From NCBI RefSeq assembly GCF_006345805.1, contig NC_043000.1, forward strand, positions 56,234,001 through 56,298,000: a stretch of DNA of 64,000 nucleotides, given 5' to 3'. The DNA is from Octopus sinensis (Eukaryota). Under the pieces are notes generated by a model. The model saw only the letters and a program-made list of their open reading frames with translations, ran no database searches and was not told the origin of the DNA. Each line of letters begins with the position of its first letter. The first letter of the stretch is position 1. The position numbers and the translations under genes were made by a program. Below, piece by piece: positions 48,307 through 62,100 of this stretch.

Positions 48307-49495
48307 TTAGGTCGTCAAGTATGAAATTTGTAGAAAAGAAAAAAAGTTTGCTAACATTTTATAAATACAAGGAATAGTTTTATTCATCAAAGTATGCACC
48401 CATATTGTCAATACACTTTTGCCATTTCAGCAATAGTTTGTCCAACCCCAAACTGTAAAAGCGTGGCAGCAATCTAGATTCAATAAAATTTTAGAAGGCC
48501 TGTTTTACAGCATCATCGAAATTAAATTTTTTTCCTATCAGAAAGTTATCCAAATTCTGGAAGAAGTGGTAGTCAGTGGGGGCAAGATCAGGTGAGTATG
48601 GTGGATGATGGAGAACTTCCAACTCCAATTCCTGTAGTTTCGCCAATGTCATTTTTGCGATGTGTGGTCTGGCATCATCTTGCAATAAAATAGGAGGGGA
48701 TCAGTTGACTAATCTAGATTGTGTTTTGTAAGTTTCTACATCATTTGACCCAGTTGACTGCAGTATACTTTGGCCACCTGCGCCAGACCACCAAACACAT
48801 ACCATCAGCTTCTTTTGATGAATTTTGCTTTTTGGACTGTTATGGTGGCTTGTCTTTGTCCAACCATTGTGCTGAACATTTATGGTTGTTGTATTGGATC
48901 CATTTCTCATCACATGTTACAGTTCAATTCAAAAATTAATCTTATTTGTGACGAGAAAGTAACATAATGCAGGTATAATGACGTTTTTGGTTTTCATTGA
49001 GTTCATGTAGAACCCAATTATCCAACGTTTTCGCTTTACCAATTTGAACTAGATGAGTCAATATTGTTTGCTTGCTAACACCAAACAATAACAATAATTT
49101 ACAGGCACTTTGCGAGGCATCTGTCTCGATGTTGGCATTCAGTTCGTCATTATCCACCTTTGTTTCTGGTCGACCATGTTGCTCATTTGTGAGCTGTGTA
49201 ATAGCATTAGAATGAAATATTCCATTAATATTCTGAGCTATCTGTGATGCTGTATTTCCAAGAAATAATTCATATTTCAAAACTACAAATTTCCGACTTA
49301 TCTCTCTCTAAACGAAAATAGGAAAATACGATTTATAAATACTTTATAAAGCTCAAAATGAGTTAGAATAAAGAAATAGATGTGTCAGCTTTCTCATAAA
49401 AAATAAAGATTGTCAAAATATAATAATGGCACAAAATGAGCAGCTGTCAAAGTTTACCATATACCTTACTACAAATTTCATACTTGATGACCTAA
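48307..49495 (-). mobile_element. Mariner element with both TIRs (Hsmar1/cecropia-like protein), non-functional
   Basis: 27-bp TIRs 48307-48333 and 49469-49495 with one mismatch, TA on both sides; WVLHEL, TCDEKW, QDDARPH and HPPYSPDLAPTDYHFF motifs; stops, frameshifts and deletions. Confidence 0.97.
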
Positions 49496-49509
49496 TATCT
49501 GAGGTCAAA

Positions 49510-49892
49510 TTATTCATATATCCCAAGAATGGAACCAATTTGCACAGCCATTTTTGATTGAAAAACGAGTACACTCACACAGAGATCTATTTTATATGAT
49601 AGATGATGGACTCTCCTGTGGAAAATGATATATAAGTGGTCAGCTTTTGCTGAACGACCTGCACAAAAGACTTGTTTATAGTGATCAAATGTTTGTGCCA
49701 CACATTAGCTCACTCTCTCCATCAAATCGACATGGTCTGAACAGGTGCACTGTGTACGTCAGGTGTCCAAATGATCACGGAGCAATGCAAGATGAAGTGT
49801 TTCGCTCAAGAACGCAATGCACCACCGAGTCTAGGGAATTGAAATCACAATCTCATGATCAAGAGTTCAATACCCTAACCACTAAGCCATAC
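49510..49892 (-). mobile_element. SINE C-type head with an alternative tail
   Basis: Minus strand gtatggcttagtggttagggtattgaactcttgatcatgag...gttcttgagcgaaacacttcatcttgcattgctcc, then an unrelated 3' part. Confidence 0.75.
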
Positions 49893-49898
49893 ACACAG

Positions 49899-49964
<66 letters not shown>

Positions 49965-50482
49965 TATATAGTTAATAGTTATAAATGAGTGAATGAATGA
50001 GATTGCTTATGTCCAGTTTTCCATGAAAAATGTCTGGCTGTGAGAAAATATTACATTGCTTGGAAATATGTGGGAGTTAATGGTAGGAATGGCATCTAGC
50101 TGAAGAGAATCTGCCTCAACAAGTTCCATCTAACCATTGTAAAAATGGTAAGATGAATGTGTGATGGTGATGATGATGATGATAGGAACTATATTGTCCA
50201 TAATGTCTTCTCTTAAATTAAATTCATACTGTGTGATTTTAGAGAAATTTGACAAATATTTTAAGTATGTTGAGTGAACGAGCAGAGGATCTTCCCTCAT
50301 TGGCTTGAAGATTGGCTGATGTTCAGCCGGAGATCAATCCTGATCAAACAGACCCATGATGAAGAAGTATTCCAGCCTTCTTGTCCTTTTGTGTATCAAG
50401 AGCTACATTGTCCAAAATAGGTTTTATTTAAGTCAAAAGGATAAGATCAGAAGGTCTAACAACAATACAGTGAAAAGCATCC

Positions 50483-50529
<47 letters not shown>

Positions 50530-51489
50530 CCTATCTCTTTCTCTCTCCACCTCTTTCTCAAACACTTTCTTTTTCATCGCTTCAGAGGTATTTGGTGTAA
50601 GGTGCCTGTACATCCAATGAAGGATGTACTGGCCACATGTTGGCTACACATACAAATATACTTACATTAACATCATTATGATAGAGATTTTTGAGGACAG
50701 GAGGATACCATTAGGATCACTTCAAATTCAGTTTTCCTGTGACACCATCAGTGGTATAAAGTAGCTAAACAGATAAACAATTAATAAATAATGATTGACG
50801 GTGACATTATTTCTAAGTAAAACATTCACCAGTAAATGATTCTAAAGTCATATCATATGTGTGGAACATCTGTGTATGTGCGTGGGTAGGTGTAAACATA
50901 TAATTGAATTTAGCCTGGAGATGCTAAGTCATTGTCAATCCCACTCAAATGTGTCACAAACGTCACTATTTCCTTTACCAGTTCTAGCACAACTTCTCAT
51001 CAAAGACATTATTAGTCTTCTCCTTCAAAGTGTCATAAATAACGTCATTTCCATCAATGGTTCCACCGAAGCTTACCATCAAACACAATGAGGAGAAAAG
51101 AAAATACCGTTACTTGGAAAAGACAAATCCACCACCCCCTTAAATAAGGGAGAGACCTTTAAGCAGGCATTCAATTAGCTTGAAATAACAACCAAATCTC
51201 TCTCAAACAATTCCTTGTTTTCATGAAATACCAAGGACACATTTGAAAAACATAGCCCAAGACTTACTGTCTAGATCAAGCATAGGCAACCTTTTCCAAG
51301 AAGCAGCTACAAGGGAATCATAAAGTGGGCCACACTACTAAAAAACTCAAGGTAGTTTTGTTTTTTTCATTTAGGTTGCCATTCAGAAAGTCCTTCAAAA
51401 AGTATGATGGAGGAACAGGTGTCTTCTTGTGGAGAAGATAGACTGTTGGTCTGGTTGAAAATGAGAAACAATAGTGAAGCTAGTGGAGG

Positions 51490-51770
51490 TGCGGGCAAGG
51501 CTCTGTGGTAAGTTTCTTCCCAACCACATGGTTCCAGGTTCAGTTTCACTGCAAGACACTTTGACCAAATGTTTTCTACTATAGCTTCAAAACTTTGTGA
51601 GTGAATTTGGAAGAAGGAAACTGTAAGAAGCCCATCATATATATCATGTGTTTGTCTCCACAACCACTTGACAACCGGTGTTGGTGTGTTTATGTCCCTG
51701 TAACTTGGTTTATCAAAAGAGACTGTAAGAATAAGTATCAGGCTTGAAAAAGAAAAGTACTGGGACCAAT
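51490..51770 (+). mobile_element. SINE A, diverged
   Basis: ctgtggtaagtttcttcccaaccacatggttccagg...cttgacaaccggtgttgg. Confidence 0.8.
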
Positions 51771-51774
51771 TCTT

Positions 51775-52212
51775 TTCTATTCTAGACACAAGGCCTGAAA
51801 TTTTGGGGGAGGGGGCTAGTTGATTAGATTGACACTAGTACACAACTGGTACTTAATTTATCAACCCTGAAAGGATGGGAGGCAAAGTCGACCTCAGTAG
51901 AATTTGAACTCAGAACGTAAAGACAGACAAAATACCACTAAGCATTTCGCCCGGCATGTTAACATTTCTTATTTCTTTATTGACCACAGAGGGGACAAAC
52001 AAGGACAGATATAGGGATTAAGTCAATTGCATCGACCCCAGTATGCAACTGGTACTTAATTTATCGACCCTGAAAGGATGAAAAGCAAAGTCGACCTCGG
52101 TGGAATTTGAACTCAGAACGTAATGGTAAACGAAATACCGCTAAGCTTTTCGCCCGACATGCTAACATTTCTGCCAGCTCACTACCTTCATTTCTGCCAG
52201 CTCATTACCTTA
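51775..52212 (-). mobile_element. SINE B with a second SINE B (51970-52188) nested inside
   Basis: catttct duplicated at 51963-51969 and 52189-52195. Confidence 0.85.
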
Positions 52213-52971
52213 ATACTGGGGTGAATCATTCAACAAAAAATTCTAATGACTGAAACAAGTAAACTAATAAACAAATATGTCAGAGTATACCCTCAACTTA
52301 TAGAAAGGTGAATATGATGAAAGGAATTGTCAAGAACAAGTGTGAGAAAGAGAGAGAGAGAGAGAGATTTACCTCAGAATTAAACTGATGCTTTATCAAA
52401 CCCTAGCCTGAAGGATAAATAGCAAAGTTAAACAGGATTGGATTTGAACACAGAATGCAGACTGCCAGAGCAAACACAACAAAAAGCAGTATTTACTTTA
52501 AGGATACTACCAATCCACCATTTTCAGAAGACTATAAAAATAGCAATGAATATTTTTTTTTTGTTTGATTTCGTTTTTTTTCACACACACACACGCCTCT
52601 CTTTCTTTTTTACTTTGCTACATAGCTGAGGGTAAATTACTATTTGATTAGTAAAATTTGAGTGAAAGTTAATACAAGATCAGCAAACATTTATTTTCTG
52701 CTGATTCTCCATAAGAACCATAATACTATTTGTTTCTTGCTTTTTTTTTGTTATATTTTGTTTCATTTTTTTTTGTATTTTTTAAGGGACTTTTTTCCTG
52801 TACATTTTCCTTCTTTCCTTTTTTCTATTTACCATTTTTTGTTCATTTCCTTTTTTCTAACATTTCATTTTCATATATTTATATAGTTTATTTTATTTAT
52901 CAATATTTATATTCATTTTATTAATTTTTCTTTCAAATTATTCATTCAGTTTTGTTTGCTAATTATTATTA

Positions 52972-53013
<42 letters not shown>

Positions 53014-53404
53014 TATTATTATTATCTCTAACAAAAAAAATTGTTGAAAAACTGATAGGAAATAATTCTGTTTTGTTGCAAGAAAAGCAAAAAGACAAAA
53101 AAATTTTTAAAAAAGCTATAAGCAAAATCATCCTGTTTTCTAAAAGAATAAAAGTAGAAAATGTGGAGGTGGATGTGGGGAGGGGGAAAGAGAGAGTGAG
53201 ATGGAGAGTGATCAAAATATAAATACTGGCGTAAATGGAGTAAAAACAAAATAAAATAACAACTTAGGTTGATTTTTTTTTCTTTCCATTTCTTTTTCTT
53301 TAACTTTTAAAGAAAATTTTATCTACCTAGTACTATAAATATGAACATGTGTTTTCTGCTGAGAAATATACCATATTGCAAGTTCTTCAACTGAAGCTGC
53401 CAAG

Positions 53405-53689
53405 ATGTGTGTGTGTGTGTGTGTGTGCGTGTGCGCGTGTGTGTGTGAGTGTGTGTGAGTGTGTATGCATATATATTTATGTATATATATATATATATAA
53501 ACACACATACACACACACACGTATATGTGTATATACATAAAAACAAATATACAGATATATACACATGCACATATACACACTCACACAACCATATATATGC
53601 ATATGTACATAAATTCATAAACACACATAGTCACGCACATTCTATCAATGATACAAAAGATGTGTGTGATTGTGTATGTGCATGTGTGT

Positions 53690-53754
<65 letters not shown>

Positions 53755-53770
53755 TGTGTTTATGTGAGAG
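53405..53770. repeat. (GT)/(CA)/(TA) microsatellites
   Basis: Direct inspection. Confidence 0.95.
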
Positions 53771-54514
53771 AGTGTAAAACAGCACGCCATCAATACAATC
53801 AATTTGGCTAGCTGGGGTCTTAGAAAAAATCAAATAGCAACTAAAAGAAGAAACAGAAGCTGATTATTTCAGATTTCAAAGGTTTCTCATAGATGATACT
53901 CAACACTACCTTTGGCAACATTTAGGTGGATGCAAGATCAGTCTGTTTCTAGACAAAGAGCTTATCTATAACAGACAGCGTTTCTAGGAGAATGACTAAA
54001 CTGAAACCCTTTAAGCTAAACAACAAAAACTCTGGTCAAATGCATGGTGTTGTCATATATTAACCAAAGAGGGCAAGAGAGAGATGTTCTCAAGTTATAC
54101 GGAGTATAGCCAGGAAGTAGGTCAAGCCTAAATCAATGGACTGACCCTTCAGTGACCAGCAAAGGTGGTAGGAGACCAGATGTTTCTAATTAATCTCCCA
54201 ACATGGAAATAAAACACAATGGAATCAGACAGTTGTCTGACAAGCAACAAGTGTATAGATTTGGTTTTGAATCTCAGGCAGGGCTAAGTGAGCACCTACA
54301 GACGTGTGTATACATCGGAGTTACTAAGTGCAGCGTTACTAAGATGCGAAGGGTCACCATATAGAGGTAGTTAAAGGAATGATGAAACAATCTTTACAAT
54401 CTACATGTGGTGACTCTTTGCATCTTACCACTACACTTACTAACTCTGATGTACACACACATCTGCTCATTACACTCTCATTTCTATGTATTAGTAGCAC
54501 TGAGGACTTCATGA

Positions 54515-54607
54515 GTGATTCATTGACTTGGATAAAATCATAATTAACTGATCCTCCTGTATTTTCTCTTACCCAAAGCCAGGAACTTTTCAGCACCCTT
54601 CACAGCT
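54515..54607 (-). mobile_element. Possible mariner terminal fragment
   Basis: Minus strand gaagggtgctgaaaagttcctggcttt resembles Hsmar2-type termini (gaggggt.(c/t)t.aaaagttc); based on a recalled consensus. Confidence 0.45.
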
Positions 54608-54729
54608 ACCTAGTTGAATCCATCTAAACTAGCAGTTTATGGCTCCAAATATCTAGTTAGCAGACAAGCAGAAATAACATAGGTCAAAAAGGTTTTATAG
54701 TTTTACTGACCACTGCTTTAATGTGGGTG

Positions 54730-54990
54730 CCATGATAAAATGCAGTCAGTACACTCTGTAAAGCAGTTGGTGTTAGAAAGGAGTTCAAGCAATAGAAACC
54801 ATGCTAAAAATGGAATACATGCCCAATACAATTAGGAGACTAGCAACTCTGAGTATAAACTGTCTCAGACCATGATGAACTCTTGACACCAAACTAGCAT
54901 GGAAAGTAGATGTAAAAGGATGACTGAGACAGTGGCAGTGATGGTAGTAATGGAGATGATAGTAACAATAAAAACAATGATAACAACAGC
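54730..54990 (+). mobile_element. RTE tail, old
   Basis: acactctgtaaagcagttggtgttagaaagg...tagaaaccatg...actagcatggaaagtagatgtaaaa. Confidence 0.7.
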
Positions 54991-56413
54991 AACTCTCATG
55001 TTGATGATAAGATATAACCTGCTAACTCATCCTCATCTTGTTTGGAAATCTACAAACTGTACTATCAGCAGTTCTTCAGAAGGAAGTAAATCTCCTTACA
55101 TACCGTTGTCTGTATTTTTTCCTATAAGCAATTCATGAAATATAAAAAGCTATATTATTCATGTTCTGATAGTTACTACTTAAATAGGCAAAACTCTACT
55201 TGCATGGAACTGGGTAGTCTGATATATATGTATGTTACCATACTTAGTAGTAAGGTAGATATTTATATATTTAACTCAAAATATATATAAGTTGAGCTAA
55301 AGTTATGGAAAAGAACATTCGTGCAATATGCTACATAGTGGGACTGAACCCAGATCTTATGCTTGCAAAGCAAACTTGTTAACCATTTGGCAGTACTGTA
55401 CCTATACACACATGCAGATATACATACATACATATGGGCATGCCTGCACACATGAATAACATATATATATATATATATATATATGCATGGATACGTGTGT
55501 GTGTGAGTGCATGTGTGTGTGTGTGTGTGAGTATACACCACACAAAGGCAAGTTATCCCCAAGCACAAACATGCATATACATATATACACACATCACCCA
55601 ATTCAAATGACTACAAACTCCAACATTTGTCTTAACTGAAACAAAAGAGCCTTGCCATTTGGTTAGTAGCCAGCTTGAATTCTCTAAACGAAAACACGAA
55701 AACACATACATACATACATACATACATACATACATACATACGTACATACATACATATATATACATATATCATCATCATCATCATCATCATCATTATATAT
55801 ATATATATATATTTATATGTATATGAAACTATTCAAAGTTATATATTGCTAATGTTTCTAATTTCTTTGAAGTGCTGGCTGGCAATTATGAAATCAGGAA
55901 ACCTTTCAAGTAGCTTGATTGTCACTGGGCATCTTAACCCTTTTGTTACCATATATTGTCTTTGCTCCAATTAATTTTGAATATAATGAAGAATTTAATA
56001 AAATAGCATTATTTTATTAAGCAGGTATTTGGAAAGGTTTCAGTTTAGATTACTTTAAACCAAGAAATTTATACCATAAATGACTAAAAAAGATCCCAGA
56101 AAAACTGAACAAGAAAGTAAGAGTATTTAACCAATAGTTAAGAAGGAACAAACACAGCAGTATGGTGAAGAAGTTCACTTCGCAGTAACATAATTTCAAG
56201 TTCAACCCACTTGATGAAGGGACATATACTATAGCCCAAGCTTAGCAAAACCTTCTAAGTGGATTTCGTAGGCAGAAACTGTAAAAAGCCTATCATATAT
56301 ATGTATATAAAGTGCTCCCAATGCAAACTATAACACCCAGCAACAAGGCTCACTCCAAGTGACATGCCATATGCAGGGTAGTCTATCTATCCATCTGTCT
56401 GTCTGCCTTTCTC

Positions 56414-56457
<44 letters not shown>

Positions 56458-56558
56458 TCTATCTATTTGTCTATCTATCTATCTATCTATCTATCTCTAT
56501 CTTTTGCCAACCCACAAGGTTGTCAACTGATGGAGGAAGGACAAACACAGACACACAA

Positions 56559-56559
<1 letters not shown>

Positions 56560-56607
<48 letters not shown>

Positions 56608-56740
56608 GCTTCTTTAAGTTTCCATCTACCAGATCCACTCACAAGACATTTGCCCAAGGTGCCACACAGTGGGACTGAACCAGGAACCATGTGGTTGGGA
56701 AGCAAGCTTCTTACCATACAGCCACTCCTGCACCTATATA
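56560..56740 (-). mobile_element. SINE A, 5' half
   Basis: gggcttctttaagtttccatc...ccatacagccactcctgcacc. Confidence 0.85.
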
Positions 56741-57719
56741 CACACAAACACACATATAAATACATATTCATGTATGTATGTGTCTATATATATATGTGTG
56801 CAAATACATATATAAGTGTGTGTGTGTTTTTGACTTTTTGTCTTAACATTATGCACTAAATGTAAACAAATAATTGCTGCTGTCATAAAAATGTTGCCAT
56901 TTACTGATAAAATTTCAAGAAAATATGTCCATCCATTGTGCTGCTCATGGGTGAACATTATCATAATTGCAAACAGGTGAAGGTTGGCAACAGGAAAAGC
57001 ATCCAGCCATGTAAAGTTTGCCTCATGAAATTTCATCTGACCTATTCACACATGGAAAATTTAAAACCTGAAGCAATGAGGATCTTTTTTCCAAGTGTAT
57101 GTATTTGTGTGTGTGTGTGTGTGTGTGCATGTGTGTGTGTATATGTGTGCAAATGTGTTTGGATGTTTGTTTACTTCTTCAATCATTTGTATGAAAGCGC
57201 AGCCTGTAGTGTGAGCGTCAATCTCTGCTGTCAACAAATTGCCCGCGCAATTCATTCTCTGAAATCATGTGTAATAAATGATCCCTTATTTCTAAAACGG
57301 ATAAGAATTAATGTCAAGTAAGTGCAACCACTTGTTAAACAATGCATCAAACAACACATTTGCCAAGTCATGCAAGCATGGGAAATTGGATGTAGAAGAA
57401 ATGATCAAATGAATGAAAGGCTGCGAGATAGGAAAGGTGCAATAAAACGAAGTAGCTTGACCAGATTATATTGATTTATAGAACCTAGAGGAATTTGAAC
57501 TCAGAAGGTTAATGTAAGAAACAACAGACGAATCTTATTGTGTCTGCTATTTCCTCTTCTTTGAGTTTAATACAGTTTTTTCAACTATTTTGAACAAATG
57601 GAAAAATCTGAGTTGTAGTTTAGGAAACTTCAGCCTCCAATAACGTATTAAATGATAATATATACTATATCCTATATGATATATAATGTGTATATGTACT
57701 TCTGTGCAGGTGTGTATGT

Positions 57720-59090
<1,371 letters not shown>

Positions 59091-59499
59091 GTAATTTCTA
59101 AAATCTATATGTTCTTCAAGACAAAACTTTGATCAAAATATGTTTCTTTAAGTTTTTCATCAATTTTCTCCTTGTCTTTGTTCCTGCTGATGTAAGCGCA
59201 TATTATTTTTTAGTGGAGGAATTTGGTAGGTGGAGGGACCACTATTCTCTCTTTTTTATTTTTACTTACTGTGTTACTCAATTGTTTTATTATTTGCAAC
59301 TTATCTTCATTTTTTTTCTGCCGTTTCTTGGATTGCTAGATGTTGCTTTTAACAGTGATAGTTCTCTGAATAGTAACAGATTTTATTTTTTCTTTCTCAC
59401 TTAAATACAAACCGATGATACTGCTCCTGTCATTGTCAGTACAGTATCTCTCTACCTGCACCATTAAGAGGAGGAGACAACTGATGTAAAATTCTGATA

Positions 59500-60170
59500 A
59501 CATTGTTGTCAAAAGTGATGATAATGATAGAATATAATGATAATGGTGATGATGGCAATGATAGTAAAATACAATGCCGATGATGAAGATAGAGATGGTG
59601 GTAACAACAATAACAATAATAATGATACTGATGATGATGATGATGACGATGGCACTGATGAAAACAATAATGATGATGGTGGTGATGATGACAATGGCAA
59701 TGAAGATGATGGTGATGATGATGATGATGATGATGACAATACTGATGATGATGATGAAGAGGAGGAGGAGGACGATGATAATGATGATAATGATGAACAT
59801 GATGCTTAGAGTGGCAATGGCATTGAAAATTATGATAAGAATTGATGATACTAATGAGAATGGTGGTGGTGGTGGTGATGATGACAACAATGATGATGAT
59901 GACAACGACGACGACAATGAAGATGGCAAGGATAATGATGATAACAATAACAATACTGATGATGACAATAATGATGAAGATGATGGTTATAATAGCAACA
60001 ACACTGAAAGTAATGATGATAACTGATGATGACAATGAGAATGGTAGTGGTGGTGATGATGATGATGACAATGATGATGAGGATGATGACATGATGATGA
60101 TTATGATGAACAGAACACAGATCTGTTGATGATGATGATGATGACCATGAGGACAATGATGAAAATAACA
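59500..60170. repeat. About 670-bp degenerate (GAT/GAC/AAT/GGT)n tract
   Basis: Direct inspection. Confidence 0.95.
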
Positions 60171-60294
60171 ACCTACAACAACTATGAAGAAGTCTTGCCT
60201 CAATAAGTTGAGGGAGATACTATATGGTTGCTCAACTAATTAAAAATAGCAGTCAACTTTTCTTAAATCACAACTTGCCATCTTAAATCATGTA

Positions 60295-60690
60295 ACTTGT
60301 TTCAGTCATTTGACTGTGGCCATGCTGGAGCACTGCCTTTAGTCGAGCAAATTGACCCCAGGACTTATTCTCTGTAAGCCTAGTACTTATTCTATTGGTC
60401 TCTTTTGCTGAACTGCTAAGTTACGGAGACGTAAACACACCAGCATCGGTTGTCAAGCGATGTTGGGAGGACAAACACAGACACAGAAACATACACACAC
60501 ACAGACATACACACACACACATATATATATGGACTTCTTTCAGTTTCCATTTATCAAATCCACTCACAAGGCTTTGGTCGGACCAAGGCTACAGTAGAAG
60601 ATACTTGCTCAAGGTGCCACACAGTGGGACTGAACCCAGAACCATGTGGTTCGTAAGCAAGCTACTTACCACACAGCTACTCCTACGCCT
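60295..60690 (-). mobile_element. SINE A, full length, low divergence
   Basis: Complete head-to-tail copy. Confidence 0.93.
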
Positions 60691-60939
60691 ATAGATAACA
60701 AAAGAAAAAGATAGTATGGTCAAAGCAGAAATATCTCAAATCAAAGATCTATTCATACAGGGTTATCCCATGACTATACAAAGACTATACCAATAACATT
60801 AATTATACCATATATGTTGGTGTACAGAATGGAATTTGAACCTTAAGAACTCACCCTCAAAACTAGGTATCATCATAAGGTTATCTCTATAGATTTTCTA
60901 TAGAAATTATAGCCAGCACTGTAGTGACTTATCAAGTGT

Positions 60940-61168
60940 TTAACCCTTTCATTACTATATTTATTTTGAGATGTTCTGTGTTTCTTTCAATTACTTTAAA
61001 TATAACAAAGAATTTAGTAAAATAACTTAGTTATCATTAAGCTAGTGTTAGGAACATAGATTGTGACTAAGGTTTGGTGGAAGATTTTAATTCAAAACTT
61101 ATGAAAACAAGACATTTATACTACAGAGCCAGAGCCAGTTTCAGTCAGGTTGGTAACGAAAGGATTAA
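60940..61168. mobile_element. Second TTAA-flanked piggyBac-like MITE family
   Basis: ttaaccctttcattac ... gtaacgaaaggattaa; a related left end occurs at about 55933. Confidence 0.75.
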
Positions 61169-61904
61169 TATACTTTGTAGTATTTTATGGTTGCATAATA
61201 GAACATGGTGTCCCTACGAATAATTAAGCAAGTATAAAATCAGCACTTTAACATGCTGTGCTCTGGAGTGTTACCAATAGCAATTGAGAAGAGTATAAAA
61301 CACTGGTATAGCTTGCATGCTCCTACCACTGTTTACAGATTAAATCCTGTGATAGGCCAATCACACACAAAAAAAAACCCCTCACACTTCCCAGAGTTTT
61401 GAAACATCTGGAGGTGGAGTTTCTTGAAAAGCCCAAATTGTCAACACTGTCATAAGCAGCAGCACTCTCTCCGGGTGACGATTAATCTCCAGTTATTGTA
61501 AAATCCCAGCATCACTAGATATAGCAGAAGATTACAAGGCCTTCAGAGACAGCTCTGTGTAAGCTTTGTAAAGCTTAGAGGGCTGTGATAAGTATGTTAC
61601 AAGTGTTGAGATTTTGAATTCAACATATATTAAAACATATTTCTGGTAATAAAAAAATAATTAGGTTATAAAGACACTGTTCGAACAGTTGGGAATATTG
61701 GACTCTGCTTCACACACATCTCAACCATTGCTTCATGGGTGAAATGCTGCCAAGCAGACTTGTACAGTGAGTGTAGCTCAAAGTCTACATTTTCAAAGAA
61801 AATTCTGGAGTTGTCTTATATACTTAGTTGGATTATACACTAGTGCATATGTTTCCTGAACAACAGCCACCAGAAATTTGTAGTCAATGAACTTGCTATT
61901 ACTA

Positions 61905-62100
61905 ATTTCTAATTTAGGCACAAAGACAGAACTTTTGAGGGGAAGGGGACTTAGTTAATTATATTCAAAGCCAGTACTAGATTAGTACTTTATTTTATCA
62001 ACACAGAGAAATGAAAGGCAAAGTCGACTTTAATGAGATTGGAACTCAGAAAGTAAAGAGCCTGAAGAAATACTACAAAGCAATCCTTCTGACGCTTGAA
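61905..62100 (-). mobile_element. SINE B, old
   Basis: aatttaggcacaaag...gaaatgaaaggcaaagtcgactt...ggaactcagaaagtaaagag. Confidence 0.7.

Noticed and set aside
53834-53990. 49-aa frame QLKEETEADYFRFQRFLIDDTQHYLWQHLGGCKISLFLDKELIYNRQRF*
   Set aside because: No start codon, weak splice support and no homology; within chance expectation.
54354-54652. 80-aa minus ORF and apparent exon with a gtaaga donor
   Set aside because: Overlaps a probable mariner terminal fragment; the exon has stops in all frames.
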